From: Thermovirgaceae bacterium
GTDB lineage: Bacteria > Synergistota > Synergistia > Synergistales > Thermovirgaceae
Direction: 5' to 3'
Length of the DNA: 64,000 nt
Assembly: GCA_046542505.1 (NCBI GenBank)
Contig: JBKHBH010000001.1
Location: 770-64,769, forward strand
Shown here: positions 16,741-27,216 of the stretch, one piece after another
Layout: each line of letters starts with the position of its first letter
How positions within the stretch are numbered: the stretch's first letter is position 1
Notes under the pieces: model-generated
Seen by the model: the letters and a program-made list of their open reading frames with translations, nothing else
Databases searched by the model: none
Told to the model about the DNA's origin: nothing
Position numbers and translations under genes: made by a program

Positions 16741-18288
16741 ATGAAAAGCAGAGCTGAGACGGCAGCGAAAGACGGGATTCTTTCCCGGGGGGATTTTCTG
16801 GAATACAGCGAAAGATTTTCCGTGGTCCCGCTGGTCCAGCGGCTTGCCCTTGAAAACAGGGATGCCCTGGATGTTTACGTGGCAACGCGCAAGGCAGGAT
16901 GCCACTCAATTCTCCTCGAAAGCGGGGAAACGGGTGGCGGGGCGGGCAGGTATTCTTTCATCGCCACGAAACCGGAACGTCTTTTCAGGGTCGCCGCGGA
17001 CGGATTCGAGGAAATCGACGATAGGGGGGCGGTCCTTGCGAGGGGCACGGCGGAGGATTTCGACCGCCGCCTCCGGGAATACACTGAAACGGGCGGGTGC
17101 CCCCTCTACGCGGACCTCCCTCCTTTCGCCGGGGGCGTTGCGGGGTTTTTCGGGTACGGAATGGTTAGTCACTGGGAGGACCTTTTCCACTGGGAGCCTT
17201 CCCGGTCCCTTCGAGAAAGCTCCTTCCCCGACGCCCTCTTGATGGGCTTCGCTTCCGTGTGCGTGGTGGATCACCTCGAAGATGAGATCTGCCTGGTCCG
17301 GAACGTCAGGATTCCCGAGGGCGCGGACAGGAAGGCCCGGATGGCCCTGTACGACGAGGCACGCCGCCTTCTCGACGAGGATGCGGCAAACCTGCCGGAA
17401 CCTGGTGGAAGGGATCAGGCCGAAGGACGCCGCGGATTCTGCGGCGCTGTGGAGGCGACGATTTCCAAAGAGCGGTTTCTTTCCATGGTCCGGCAGGGCA
17501 AGGAGCACATCCTGGCGGGGGATGTGTGTCAGGTGGTCCTGTCCCAGCGTTTTTCCGCAAAGACGGACCTCGAGCCCCTTGAAATCTACCGCGCGCTGAA
17601 GCGGGCCAACCCGTCGCCCTACATGTTCTACCTGGACCTTGGCGCTTTCAGGCTCATCGGGTCTTCGCCGGAGGTGCTGGTGAGGCTCTCGGGGGACCGG
17701 ATCACAACAAGGCCCCTTGCAGGCACTCGCAAGCGGGGGAAAACCCCGGCGGAAGACCGGACCCTGGAACAGGAGCTTCTGGCCGATGAAAAGGAACGGG
17801 CCGAGCACGTAATGCTCGTTGACCTTTCCCGAAATGACCTGGGCAAGGTCTGCCGGACAAAAACGGTGGAAGTGACGGAGCTCATGGAAACGGAGCGGTA
17901 CTCCCAGGTCATGCACATCGTGTCAAACGTGGAAGGCGAGCGACGGGCCGGGTGTGGCCCCCTGGAGATCCTTCGGGCGGCCTTCCCTGCGGGGACTGTA
18001 TCGGGGGCGCCGAAAGTCCGTGCCATGGAGATCATTGAGGACCTCGAGCCATCGCCCCGCGGGCCCTACGCAGGGGCCGTGGGCTACATCGGTTTCGGTG
18101 GTGACATGGACACATGCATCACCATCCGGACCTTCCTCCACGAAAACGGGCGCGTTCATGTCCAGGCCGGGGCGGGCATCGTTTACGATTCGGTGCCCGA
18201 GACCGAGTACGAAGAAACAAAAAGCAAGGCGAGGGCCCTTTTCAAAGCCCTGGAGGACGCTTCCGGAGGAAGGGGGGTGAGGTCGTGA
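16741..18288 (+). CDS. trpE: Anthranilate synthase component I
   Basis: 515 aa with motifs VLSQRF, NPSPYMF, GTRKRG, ERAEHVMLVDL and GAVGY. Confidence 0.9.
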   Translation: MKSRAETAAKDGILSRGDFLEYSERFSVVPLVQRLALENRDALDVYVATRKAGCHSILLESGETGGGAGRYSFIATKPERLFRVAADGFEEIDDRGAVLARGTAEDFDRRLREYTETGGCPLYADLPPFAGGVAGFFGYGMVSHWEDLFHWEPSRSLRESSFPDALLMGFASVCVVDHLEDEICLVRNVRIPEGADRKARMALYDEARRLLDEDAANLPEPGGRDQAEGRRGFCGAVEATISKERFLSMVRQGKEHILAGDVCQVVLSQRFSAKTDLEPLEIYRALKRANPSPYMFYLDLGAFRLIGSSPEVLVRLSGDRITTRPLAGTRKRGKTPAEDRTLEQELLADEKERAEHVMLVDLSRNDLGKVCRTKTVEVTELMETERYSQVMHIVSNVEGERRAGCGPLEILRAAFPAGTVSGAPKVRAMEIIEDLEPSPRGPYAGAVGYIGFGGDMDTCITIRTFLHENGRVHVQAGAGIVYDSVPETEYEETKSKARALFKALEDASGGRGVRS

Positions 18289-18869
18289 TCCTTGTGATCG
18301 ACAACTATGATTCCTTTACCTACAACCTGGTCCAGTATCTTTCGGAGCTTGACGAGACGGTGGCATACCGCAACGACAGGCTGTCCCTGGAGGATATCGC
18401 CCGGATGGGCCCCGACCGCATCGTCATATCCCCGGGGCCGGGGGCTCCCGCCGAAGCGGGGATATCAAAAGGAGTGATCCGATCCTTTGCAGGAAGGGTC
18501 CCCATTTTGGGCGTATGCCTGGGACACCAGGCCATCGCGGAGGTTTTCGGCGGCAGGGTCATCCGGGACAGGGTCCCCGTCCATGGGAAAGTCTCCAGGA
18601 TCCATCATTCCGGCGGAGGGGTTTTTGCCGGCATGCCGGACCCTTTCGAGGCAACGCGATACCATTCCCTCGTTGCTGACCCTTCGATGATTCCCGCTGA
18701 ACTGACCGTGACGGCCTGGACCGAGGACGGGACCATCATGGGCCTCGAACACAGGGATATGCCTGTTTACGGGGTCCAGTTCCACCCGGAGTCGATTCTC
18801 ACCAAACAGGGAATGGTCATTCTGGAAAATTTCCACAGGCGAGCCGAGGCGGTTCACGAAGGGAGCTGA
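18285..18869 (+). CDS. trpG: Anthranilate synthase component II (glutamine amidotransferase)
   Basis: GTG 18285 overlaps the trpE stop (GTGA) after GGAGGAAGGGGGG. Motifs ILVIDNYDSFTYNL, GVCLGHQ and QFHPES. The track ORF from 18114 is an in-frame upstream extension inside trpE. Confidence 0.85.
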   Translation: MILVIDNYDSFTYNLVQYLSELDETVAYRNDRLSLEDIARMGPDRIVISPGPGAPAEAGISKGVIRSFAGRVPILGVCLGHQAIAEVFGGRVIRDRVPVHGKVSRIHHSGGGVFAGMPDPFEATRYHSLVADPSMIPAELTVTAWTEDGTIMGLEHRDMPVYGVQFHPESILTKQGMVILENFHRRAEAVHEGS

Positions 18870-18874
18870 GCGAG

Positions 18875-19900
18875 ATGAAGGAAACTCTTGAGAGGATTTT
18901 TTCGGGTCGTAATCTGGATGCAGAGGAAATGAAAGACGCCATGGAGGCCATCATGGAGGGCGAGGTCTGCGAGGTACACATGGCCGCCTTTTTGGCGGGG
19001 CTCAGGACGAAAGGCGAAACCCCCGTAGAGATCGCCGCCGCGGCGTCGGTCATGCGGGAGAAGGCGACGCCGGTGAAGGTGAACTCGCCCGTCGTGGTGG
19101 ACATTGTGGGGACGGGGGGTGACAGGAAGGGAACGTTCAATATCTCCACGGCGGCCGCCTTTGTCGTGGCAGGCGCCAGGGTGCCCGTGGCGAAGCACGG
19201 GAACAGGGCCGTTTCGAGCCTTTGCGGAAGCGCCGACGTTCTGGAGGCTTTGGGGGTGCCCTTTTTTGTCGAGCCGGAGGCCGTAAGCGGATGCATAGAC
19301 AGGACGGGCTTCGGGTTTCTTTTCGCCCCTGCCTTCCACAAGGCCATGCGCCACGTGGCGCCAGTGCGGAAAACCCTGGGACTGAAGACGCTTTTCAACA
19401 TTCTCGGCCCCGCCACCAACCCGGCCCGGGCGAATTACCAGGTACTGGGCGTTTCCTCTTTGGGACTTCTCCGCCCCATGGCGGAAGTCATGAAAGCCCT
19501 CGGGGTGCAGGGTGGTATGACTGTCCACGGCTGCGGGGGGATCGACGAGTTTTCTCTTGAGGGCCCGAACAGGGTATGCGTGATCAAAGACGGCGAAGTC
19601 ATCGAGGAGGTTGTCACTCCCGAGGACGCCGGCCTTGCCCGGGTCCCGAACGAAGCTCTTGCGGGAGGCGACGCCGAAAAGAACCGGCATCTCATGCTCG
19701 AGCTTCTTGAGGGTGAATCCGGCCCCCTGCGGGATGTGGTCGTCCTGAACTCGGCGGCCGTCTTCGTCTCCACGGGCCATGCCCGTTCCTTCAGGGAAGG
19801 GGCCTCCATGGCGGCCGAGGTCCTCGACGGGGGGCGGGCGAAGGCATGCCTGGAAGAAGTCCTCGCCTTTGCCGTCCCGGGAGAGGACGGGGCGGCATGA
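18875..19900 (+). CDS. trpD: Anthranilate phosphoribosyltransferase
   Basis: 341 aa with motifs GTGGDRKGTFNIST, KHGNRA and NPA. Confidence 0.9.
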   Translation: MKETLERIFSGRNLDAEEMKDAMEAIMEGEVCEVHMAAFLAGLRTKGETPVEIAAAASVMREKATPVKVNSPVVVDIVGTGGDRKGTFNISTAAAFVVAGARVPVAKHGNRAVSSLCGSADVLEALGVPFFVEPEAVSGCIDRTGFGFLFAPAFHKAMRHVAPVRKTLGLKTLFNILGPATNPARANYQVLGVSSLGLLRPMAEVMKALGVQGGMTVHGCGGIDEFSLEGPNRVCVIKDGEVIEEVVTPEDAGLARVPNEALAGGDAEKNRHLMLELLEGESGPLRDVVVLNSAAVFVSTGHARSFREGASMAAEVLDGGRAKACLEEVLAFAVPGEDGAA

Positions 19901-20661
19901 TCCTTGACCGGATAGTGGAGGCGAAAAGAAGAGAAGTCGCCGGGATGAAAGCCGGGAGGGGCGCCCTCGAAAGGGAACTGGCATCACCTGATCTGACGGT
20001 CATCGCCGAGATCAAGCGGGCCTCACCGAGCCGTGGGGTCATCGAAAAGGGGCTTGAACCCGCCGAAAGGCTCGATGCCTATGTGCGCGGCGGCGCCCGG
20101 GCCGTTTCCGTCGTGACCGACGGTCCCTTCTTCGACGGGAAGGCGGATACCCTGAGGGATCTGCGGGCGGAAACGGACCTGCCCCTTCTCAGGAAGGATT
20201 TTGTCATCGACCCCGTACAGCTCTATGAAAGCCGTTTTCTCGGGGCCGACGCGGTCCTTCTGATCGCCGCCGTCCTTGGGAAGGACGGCCTCTCGGAAAT
20301 GCTCGAGGCAGCCGGGTCCATCGGCCTGGAAACCCTCGTGGAAGTCCACAGCGAAAAGGAACTGCGCATGGTCTTAGGCACGCCGGCAAGGCTGGTGGGA
20401 ATCAACAACAGAAACCTCGCCGATTTTTCCGTCGACCTGGGCGTCACAGAGCGGCTCATGAACGTCCTTCGTGACCTCGAGCCGCCGGGTCGCCGCCTGG
20501 TTGTGGCCGAAAGCGGAGTCTTTTCGCCCGAGGACGCCCTTTTTCTCGCAGGTTGCGGTGTGGACGGGATCCTCGTGGGGTCTTACCTGGTGGAAACCAC
20601 GGAACCGGAAGGCCGGATACGGGAAATCCTCGAAAGGGTGGTACCCCGTGGTGCGCGTTAA
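19897..20661 (+). CDS. trpC: Indole-3-glycerol-phosphate synthase
   Basis: ATG 19897 overlaps the trpD stop (ATGA). Motifs ILDRIVEAKRREV, IAEIKRASPS, LRKDF and INNRNL. Confidence 0.85.
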   Translation: MILDRIVEAKRREVAGMKAGRGALERELASPDLTVIAEIKRASPSRGVIEKGLEPAERLDAYVRGGARAVSVVTDGPFFDGKADTLRDLRAETDLPLLRKDFVIDPVQLYESRFLGADAVLLIAAVLGKDGLSEMLEAAGSIGLETLVEVHSEKELRMVLGTPARLVGINNRNLADFSVDLGVTERLMNVLRDLEPPGRRLVVAESGVFSPEDALFLAGCGVDGILVGSYLVETTEPEGRIREILERVVPRGAR

Positions 20662-21283
20662 AGTCTGCGGGCTGACGCGGAAAGAAGACGTGGCAGAGGC
20701 AGTCCGCCTGGGGGCCGATGCCCTTGGGTTCATCCTTGCGCCGAGCCCGCGGAGGGTTTCCATCCAGGAGGCGGGGCGGCTGACGGAAGGCCTTCCGCCC
20801 TTTGTCATTACCGTGGCCGTCCTGATGGACCCGACGGAGGAAGATCTGGAGGGGATTATCGAGAGCCGTTTTTTCCAGGCAATACAGTTTCACGGCACCG
20901 AGCCGCCCGAGATGTTTCGGGGGATTCCCCTGAGGACTATCAAGGCCTTCGGCCTCAGGAGCGGAGTCCCCGAAGATATTGCCCGGTATGCCTGTGCGGA
21001 CTGGTTTCTTTTTGACGCCGGGAAGGCCGGCGATGGTGGAACAGGGCAGAGTTTCGACTGGTCGCTGCTGGAGGGTGGAGACTTCAAAAAACCGTTCATC
21101 CTTGCAGGCGGGCTGGGGCCCGAAAACCTGCCGGAAGCCCTGCGCCGGACCGGCGCAGCAGCGGTGGACCTGAACAGCCGGATCGAAGCGGCGCCGGGGG
21201 TCAAGGACCATGAAAGAATGAAACTCGCCTTCATGAAGATCAGGCGATACGAGACGGAGAGACTGGAGCGTGAGACGAGATGA
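20648..21283 (+). CDS. trpF: Phosphoribosylanthranilate isomerase
   Basis: GTG 20648 (or 20651) overlaps the end of trpC. Motifs [12 protein letters not shown] and LAGGL. Confidence 0.8.
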   Translation: MVRVKVCGLTRKEDVAEAVRLGADALGFILAPSPRRVSIQEAGRLTEGLPPFVITVAVLMDPTEEDLEGIIESRFFQAIQFHGTEPPEMFRGIPLRTIKAFGLRSGVPEDIARYACADWFLFDAGKAGDGGTGQSFDWSLLEGGDFKKPFILAGGLGPENLPEALRRTGAAAVDLNSRIEAAPGVKDHERMKLAFMKIRRYETERLERETR

Positions 21284-22470
21284 CAAGAAAAGGGTATTTC
21301 GGTGATTTCGGGGGGCGGTACGTTCCCGAAACGCTCTTTCCGGCACTGGAGGAACTTGAGGAAGCCTACAACGGCCTGAAGGAGGACCCGTCCTTTCAGG
21401 ATGAGCTGGCGGGGCTGTTGTCGAGTTATTGCGGGCGGCCGACCCCGCTGTATCTGGCCGAAAGGCTTTCGGAGTCCGTCGGCGGGGCCAGGGTGTACCT
21501 CAAGAGGGAGGACCTGAACCACACGGGCGCCCACAAGATCAACAACGCCATGGGGCAGGCCCTTCTGGCGGCCAGGCTCGGGAAGCGCCGCATCATCGCC
21601 GAGACGGGCGCCGGGCAGCACGGTGTGGCGACGGCGACGGCCGCCGCAAAGTTCGGCCTCGAGTGCCACGTGTACATGGGCACCGAAGACATGGAGCGCC
21701 AGGCCCTGAACGTGGACAGGATGAGGCTTCTGGGAGCAGAGGTGGTTCCCGTGACGTCGGGAAGCCGCACCCTGAAGGATGCCACAAACGAGGCCATCCG
21801 CGACTGGGTGACCAACGTGGAAGACACCTATTACATCATAGGTTCGGCGGTGGGTCCCCACCCCTACCCGACGATCGTCAGGGATTTCCAGCGGGTCATC
21901 GGCGACGAAACCCGCAGCCAGATCCTCGAACTGGAAGGGCGGTTGCCGGACCTTCTCGTCGCCTGTGTGGGCGGCGGCAGCAACGCCATCGGCATGTTTT
22001 ACCCCTTCGTGGAGGACCGGTCGGTCCGCATGATCGGCGTCGAGGCGGCTGGACGGGGTGTCGAAACGGGCGAACACGCGGCGACCCTTACCGCCGGTGA
22101 CGTAGGGGTGCTTCACGGGAGCCGGTCCTACCTCCTCCAGGATGAAAACGGCCAGGTGCAGATTGCCTATTCCATTTCGGCGGGGCTGGATTATCCGGGC
22201 GTTGGTCCGGAGCACAGCTTCCTCAAGTCTTCGGGCCGGGTGGAGTACACTTTTGTAACGGATACGGAAGCCCTCGAGGCCTTCAAGCTCCTTTCCAGGC
22301 GGGAGGGCATCATCCCGGCCCTTGAAAGCGCCCACGCCGTGGCGGAGCTTCCCCGCTGCGCAGGGGGGCTCCCGGAGGGAAGCATCGTCGTTGTCTGCCT
22401 GTCGGGTCGCGGTGACAAGGACATGCATTCCGTACGTCCCTATCTCATGGAAGGAGTTGAAGCAAGATGA
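21280..22470 (+). CDS. trpB: Tryptophan synthase beta chain
   Basis: ATGA overlap with trpF. Motifs [25 protein letters not shown] and [11 protein letters not shown]. Confidence 0.95.
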   Translation: MTRKGYFGDFGGRYVPETLFPALEELEEAYNGLKEDPSFQDELAGLLSSYCGRPTPLYLAERLSESVGGARVYLKREDLNHTGAHKINNAMGQALLAARLGKRRIIAETGAGQHGVATATAAAKFGLECHVYMGTEDMERQALNVDRMRLLGAEVVPVTSGSRTLKDATNEAIRDWVTNVEDTYYIIGSAVGPHPYPTIVRDFQRVIGDETRSQILELEGRLPDLLVACVGGGSNAIGMFYPFVEDRSVRMIGVEAAGRGVETGEHAATLTAGDVGVLHGSRSYLLQDENGQVQIAYSISAGLDYPGVGPEHSFLKSSGRVEYTFVTDTEALEAFKLLSRREGIIPALESAHAVAELPRCAGGLPEGSIVVVCLSGRGDKDMHSVRPYLMEGVEAR

Positions 22471-23279
22471 CGGACCGACTGCAGTCGGCCTTTTCCGGCA
22501 GGAAGGCCCTCATCCCCTATGTCACCGCGGGAGACCCGTCGCTGGACGTCACCGGGGAGCTCGTAAAGGTGCTCGCCTCGTCGGGAGCCGACATCATTGA
22601 AATCGGGGTCCCTTTTTCGGATCCCCAGGCCGACGGCCCCGTGATCCAGGCCTCGTCGGAGAGAGCCCTTGAAAGGGGTGCGACCCTGGGGAAGGTGCTG
22701 GAGGTGGTCCGCCGACTGAGCGGGGAGGTTGACGTCCCTCTCGTTTTGATGGGGTATTTCAACCCCGTCCTCAGGTACGGTCCCGGGCGGTTTGCCCCGG
22801 AGGCGGCGGAAGCCGGCGTGGCAGGGGTCATCATCCCCGATCTTCCCTTCGACGAAGATCCGGACTTTTACAGGCTGCTCGGGTCAAAGGGCGTGCAGGG
22901 AGTGTACATGGTGGCGCCCAACACGGCCGCGTCCCGTCTCGAGGCCCTGGGGCGGCAGGCTTCGGGCTTCGTGTATTGCGTGTCTCTCTACGGGACCACA
23001 GGCAACGCCCGCGGGCCGGTGGACCATCTGGGCGCGTACCTGGAAACCGTCAGAAAATACGTCAATGTCCCCCTTGTCGTGGGTTTCGGTATCGACGGGC
23101 CCGACAAGGCGGCGGACGCAGCGGGGCATGCTGACGGGGTCGTGGTGGGGAGCGCACTGGTCAGGATCATCGAAAGGTACGGCTCGGATACGAAGCGCCT
23201 GAAGCAAGAAACGGGAAGTTTCATGATGAGCCTCAGGGAGGCCATGGACCGAAGCGTTGCAGCCTGTGGTCGGGGCTAG
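22467..23279 (+). CDS. trpA: Tryptophan synthase alpha chain
   Basis: ATGA overlap with trpB. Motifs [26 protein letters not shown] and GFGI. Confidence 0.9.
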   Translation: MTDRLQSAFSGRKALIPYVTAGDPSLDVTGELVKVLASSGADIIEIGVPFSDPQADGPVIQASSERALERGATLGKVLEVVRRLSGEVDVPLVLMGYFNPVLRYGPGRFAPEAAEAGVAGVIIPDLPFDEDPDFYRLLGSKGVQGVYMVAPNTAASRLEALGRQASGFVYCVSLYGTTGNARGPVDHLGAYLETVRKYVNVPLVVGFGIDGPDKAADAAGHADGVVVGSALVRIIERYGSDTKRLKQETGSFMMSLREAMDRSVAACGRG

Positions 23280-24364
23280 CGACACGCCCGGGAGGGGTAG
23301 ACCCCAAGGATCCGGAAGCTGAAACAGCGGGAGGCCATGATGTCCAGGGCGGGGAGAACCCTGTCGTTGCCTGGTGCGGCCTCCATGTCGACGAAGAAAA
23401 GGTATTCGAAGGGGTTGGAGACGAGGGGCCGTGACTGGATGAACATGAGGTTCGCCCCGCTGTCCCTGAGCGGTTCAAGGGCGTGAAAGAGCGAGCCAGG
23501 CTTGTGGGCCACGGTGAAAAGCACCGAGATCTTGCCCGTCTTAGGGGGTGCCATCTCACTGCCTTTGCCGATGATCCAGAAGCGGGTGGTGTTGTGGGAG
23601 TGGTCCTGGATGTTCCGGGCGAGGATTTCCAGCCCCGCCTTTTTGGCGGCGGCCTCGCTGCAGACGGCGGCGACGCCGTCGAAGTCTGCGGCTTCCAGGG
23701 CCGCTGCGCTGGTGCTTGAGGCCGGTTTCCTCGACGCCTGCGGGAGGTGCGTTGAAAGCCATATCCTGCACTGCGCCAGCGCCTGGGGGTGGGAGCGGAT
23801 TTCGGTGATGTCCCCGAGGTTTCCTCTTTTGCCTGCCAGTACGTGCCTGACGGGCATGACGACCTCCATGGCAATGGCCAGGTCCGGGCCGGCCGAGGCA
23901 AGACCGTCGAGGGAGGCGTACACTACCCCCTCGATGGTGTTTTCCACCGGGATGACTCCCAGGTCAGTCTCCTCTCTCGCTACGGCCTGGATGACGTCCC
24001 CGGGCGATTCGAAAAAGGCAATGTCGACGGATTCTCCCAGGGCCTCCAGGGCCGCCTGGTGCGAATAGGACCCCCCGGGACCGAGAGAGGCCACCAGAAG
24101 CTGTTTCTGGGCCGACCTGCACAGGGAGATGATCTCCCTGTAGACGGCTCCCAGCGAGCGGGTGTCGAGGTCAGGATGCTTCGCGGCGAGTTTTCCCATG
24201 ATTTCATGTTCTCTGGAAGGGTCGAAAATGGCACCGCCGGCTTTCGTCGCGCCGATCCTGCGGGCGATGTCACGCCGCTCTTGAAGGGCCCTGGCGATGG
24301 CTTCGTCTATGTCGTCGATCCGTGCTCTCAGTTTTTCCCGTTCTTTTTCGTCGCCTGAGGACAT
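23276..24364 (-). CDS. pheA: Bifunctional chorismate mutase / prephenate dehydratase (P-protein) with C-terminal ACT domain
   Basis: ATG 24364 follows AAAGGAGAACC. The N-terminal LRARIDDIDEAIARAL matches chorismate mutase; prephenate-dehydratase and ACT segments follow. The track ORF from 24439 adds 25 unlikely codons. Confidence 0.85.
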   Translation of the reverse strand: MSSGDEKEREKLRARIDDIDEAIARALQERRDIARRIGATKAGGAIFDPSREHEIMGKLAAKHPDLDTRSLGAVYREIISLCRSAQKQLLVASLGPGGSYSHQAALEALGESVDIAFFESPGDVIQAVAREETDLGVIPVENTIEGVVYASLDGLASAGPDLAIAMEVVMPVRHVLAGKRGNLGDITEIRSHPQALAQCRIWLSTHLPQASRKPASSTSAAALEAADFDGVAAVCSEAAAKKAGLEILARNIQDHSHNTTRFWIIGKGSEMAPPKTGKISVLFTVAHKPGSLFHALEPLRDSGANLMFIQSRPLVSNPFEYLFFVDMEAAPGNDRVLPALDIMASRCFSFRILGVYPSRACR

Positions 24365-24470
24365 GGCAGGTTCTCCTTTGGCTTTGACCGGGTTAAGTGT
24401 ACAAAAGCGTAGCCGAAAGCCCGGCTGATGGCAATGCATTTACTCCGGCCACATTGGGAAAGAATGCCTA

Positions 24471-24499
24471 TTGACAACAAAAAAAACAAGAAATAAACT
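24471..24499 (+). promoter_or_regulatory. Candidate promoter TTGACA-17 nt-TAAACT for the gltS-like gene
   Basis: Hexamers at 24471-24476 and 24494-24499, in an AT-rich divergent gap. Confidence 0.4.
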
Positions 24500-24575
24500 G
24501 TTTTGTATGAATATAAACATTCATTTTTTGTAATATAATGTAACAAAATATTCTTTATCAGGAGGTCGATTGCGG

Positions 24576-25940
24576 ATGGATTTTTCACCCTGGGTTTTGT
24601 TTGTTGATCTTGGCATAGTTTCAGCGCTTATCCTGGCAGGGAAACTCATAAGGGCTAAAGTCAAGTATGCTCAGGAGTTATTCCTGCCCGCCAGCCTGAT
24701 CGCCGGATTCCTGGGCCTTGCTTTTGGTCCTAACGGTCTTGGATGGATTCCCTTCTCTTCCAACATCGGTACCTACCCGGGCATCCTTATCGCCCTGGTC
24801 TTTGGAGCTTTGCCTCTGGCCTCTGAAAAGGTCCCCTTCAAGCAGATCATAGAAAGGGTCGGGAATCTGTGGGCCTACTCCCAGATAGGCATGATCCTAC
24901 AATGGGGGCTTGGAAGCCTTTTCGGTATCCTGGTTATCGTCACAATATGGAAAGACATAAATCCCGCCTTCGGCCTCATGCTTGCCAGCGGCTTCACCGG
25001 AGGCCATGGAACGGCGGCTGCTATCGGGACCGCCTTTGAAGGTTTGGGTTGGGAAGAGGCAAGGACTCTTGCGATGACTTCAGCCACTGTGGGAGTGGTC
25101 AGCGCCATAGTCGGGGGGTTGATCATCGTCAAGTGGGGGGCCAGAAAGGGGTACACCCATTTCATAACCAAGTTTGAAGATATGCCTGGCGAACTCCGCA
25201 CCGGTCTGATTCCTGAGGAGAAGAGAGAATCCGGAGGCAAGGACACCATCTCTTCAATATCCCTTGACCCTCTTGCATTTCATGTCGCGCTGATATTCCT
25301 TGCGGCTCTCGGTGGGTATTACTGTAGCAAAATCGCGTCCGCCTACATCCCGAAGGTCAGTCTTCCCGTTTTCAGCTGCGCTTTCATTGTAGGAATCGTG
25401 ATCAGCCGGGTCTTGCAAGCCACAGGAGCTTCACGGTATGTGGATAAGAAGACCCTTGGTAGGTTAAGCGGAACTTTTACGGACCTTCTGGTTGCTTTCG
25501 GTATCGCCTCTATCAGTCTTCCTGTCGTTGTCAAATACGCAGTTCCGCTGGTTTTGCTCTTTGTCTTTGGCTTGCTGTACTGCCTGTTTATCTTCTCCTG
25601 GCTTTCACCGCGGATTCTTAAGACATACTGGTTTGAGAAAGCCATGTTTACCTGGGGATGGATGACCGGAACAATGGCTATGGGAATAGCCCTCCTTCGG
25701 ATAGTTGACCCCAAGCTGAAGAGCGAAGCTCTAGATGATTTTGCTTTTGCCTACCTGCCGATAGCTCCTGTTGAAATCCTCGTTGTAACCTTCTCTCCCA
25801 TGCTCTTTGCTACCGGCAAGGGCTGGTATTTTATTGGAGGGGCAATAGGATACGCACTCTTAGTATGGATCATCGCGCTTATGAAAGGCTGGTTTAGCTT
25901 CGCGCCGAAAGAACTGCGTGTCAAAAGGGAAGAAATTTAG
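24576..25940 (+). CDS. Sodium/glutamate symporter (GltS/ESS family)-like transporter
   Basis: ATG 24576 lies 7-8 nt after AGGAGG. The N-terminus DLGIVSALILAGKLIRAKV...LFLPASLIAGFLGL is typical of GltS. About 12 TM segments. Confidence 0.65.
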   Translation: MDFSPWVLFVDLGIVSALILAGKLIRAKVKYAQELFLPASLIAGFLGLAFGPNGLGWIPFSSNIGTYPGILIALVFGALPLASEKVPFKQIIERVGNLWAYSQIGMILQWGLGSLFGILVIVTIWKDINPAFGLMLASGFTGGHGTAAAIGTAFEGLGWEEARTLAMTSATVGVVSAIVGGLIIVKWGARKGYTHFITKFEDMPGELRTGLIPEEKRESGGKDTISSISLDPLAFHVALIFLAALGGYYCSKIASAYIPKVSLPVFSCAFIVGIVISRVLQATGASRYVDKKTLGRLSGTFTDLLVAFGIASISLPVVVKYAVPLVLLFVFGLLYCLFIFSWLSPRILKTYWFEKAMFTWGWMTGTMAMGIALLRIVDPKLKSEALDDFAFAYLPIAPVEILVVTFSPMLFATGKGWYFIGGAIGYALLVWIIALMKGWFSFAPKELRVKREEI

Positions 25941-25976
25941 TGAAGCTCAAGTATTATCGTAAGAAACGTTAAGGGA

Positions 25977-27113
25977 GTGAGTTTTTTGAAAGGGGAAAAA
26001 GTAACTTTTCTGTATCTTGACGAAGATGACATGATCAAGGCGGGCGTGCTGGATATGCCCAGGTGTGTAAACGTCATGGAAGACGTATTCAGGCTTCTTG
26101 GCAAAGGGGATTACCTCATGGGCGGTCCTCTTGGAAATGAACACGGCCAGATGCTGTGGTTCCCGAAAGAAAGCCCGTTTTCGAATATGCCTTTGGCTGG
26201 TCCGGATCGTCGGTTCATGTCTATGATCGCTTACCTAGGAGGCAAGTACAACGTATGCGGTGAAAAATGGTACGGGTCCAATGTGGAGAACCCTCGCCAG
26301 AAGGGGCTTCCCCGTTCCATTCTCATGGTGATACTCAATGACCCTGTCACCGCCGAGCCCCTTGCGATCATGTCGGCCAACCTTGTCAGCGCGATGAGGA
26401 CAGGAGCGGTGCCGGGCGTTGCTGCGAAATACCTTGCCCGAAAGGATGCAGAAACCGTTTCGGTGATAGGAGCCGGCGTGATCAACAGAGCCTGTCTGCT
26501 GGCCGTGTGCGCAGGTGTTCCGCATATCAAAAAGGCTTTGGTACATGATATTAACGAAGAACAGATAAATCGTTTCATCAGTGAAATGTCCGAACAGATC
26601 GATGCAGAACTGGTTCCTTCTCCGTCTTTGGAAGAGACCGTCAAAAACTCTGATATCATCAGCGTTGCCACTTCAGGGGCGGCTCCGGCGGAAATTCGCG
26701 AAGAATGGATCAAAGAGGGCTCTTTGATCGAACTGACTGGTGTAGCCCAGATGTCAAAGGAGCTTTACATGAAAAGCCGTATCGTGGCTGATAACTGGAA
26801 GATGCATCAGTCATGGATGACTGAGGGGAAAGAGCACCCTGATGGTATCGAAAGCATCTTGAGTTGGGCTCCGTCGGCTCCGATAATCCGGCTTTTGTTG
26901 GAAGGCCGGATAGAGCACGAGGACATTTACAACCTGGGCGATATCGTAAATGGAAGCACGCACTTTGAGAATAATGGTGAAGAACCGGTAATACTGATCA
27001 CCGGCGGCATGCCCGTCGAGGATGTGGCTTGGGCGTGGACGGTGTACCAGAATGCCCTCGAGAATGGCATCGGGCAGGAACTCCGGCTCTGGGAGTCCCC
27101 CCACTGGTTCTAG
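25977..27113 (+). CDS. Ornithine cyclodeaminase / mu-crystallin family NAD(P) enzyme (378 aa)
   Basis: Motifs KWYGSN.ENP...GLP, SAMRTGAVPGVAAKYLAR and VSVIGAGVINRA. The start is uncertain (GTG 25977 or TTG 25986). Confidence 0.6.
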   Translation: MSFLKGEKVTFLYLDEDDMIKAGVLDMPRCVNVMEDVFRLLGKGDYLMGGPLGNEHGQMLWFPKESPFSNMPLAGPDRRFMSMIAYLGGKYNVCGEKWYGSNVENPRQKGLPRSILMVILNDPVTAEPLAIMSANLVSAMRTGAVPGVAAKYLARKDAETVSVIGAGVINRACLLAVCAGVPHIKKALVHDINEEQINRFISEMSEQIDAELVPSPSLEETVKNSDIISVATSGAAPAEIREEWIKEGSLIELTGVAQMSKELYMKSRIVADNWKMHQSWMTEGKEHPDGIESILSWAPSAPIIRLLLEGRIEHEDIYNLGDIVNGSTHFENNGEEPVILITGGMPVEDVAWAWTVYQNALENGIGQELRLWESPHWF

Positions 27114-27130
27114 AGTGTTTTTTGCTTCCA

Positions 27131-27174
27131 AAAGGCAGCGGTCCCGAACTTTGTCGGGACCGCTGCCTTTTTTT
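27131..27174. terminator. Strong intrinsic terminator (bidirectional in form)
   Basis: Perfect 17-bp stem AAAGGCAGCGGTCCCGA (27131-27147) / TCGGGACCGCTGCCTTT (27154-27170) with a 6-nt loop and a T-run to 27174. Confidence 0.85.
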
Positions 27175-27216
27175 AGATACAATAAGGGTATCTGAGGAAA
27201 GAAGCGGTGAAATCTG

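Noticed and set aside
18114-18284. Upstream in-frame extensions of trpG (18114), trpC (19846), trpF (20471), aroQ (35286), aroKB (33706), the MBL gene (46364), the STAS gene (51844), the kinase gene (52113) and dctP (41482)
   Set aside because: Each extension overlaps the preceding gene or lacks an RBS. The shorter starts have SD sequences or ATGA/GTGA coupling and give canonical N-termini.
20890-22428. 512-aa minus-strand ORF opposite trpF/trpB
   Set aside because: trpB on the plus strand is unambiguous (HTGAHKINN etc.), so this is an antisense artefact.
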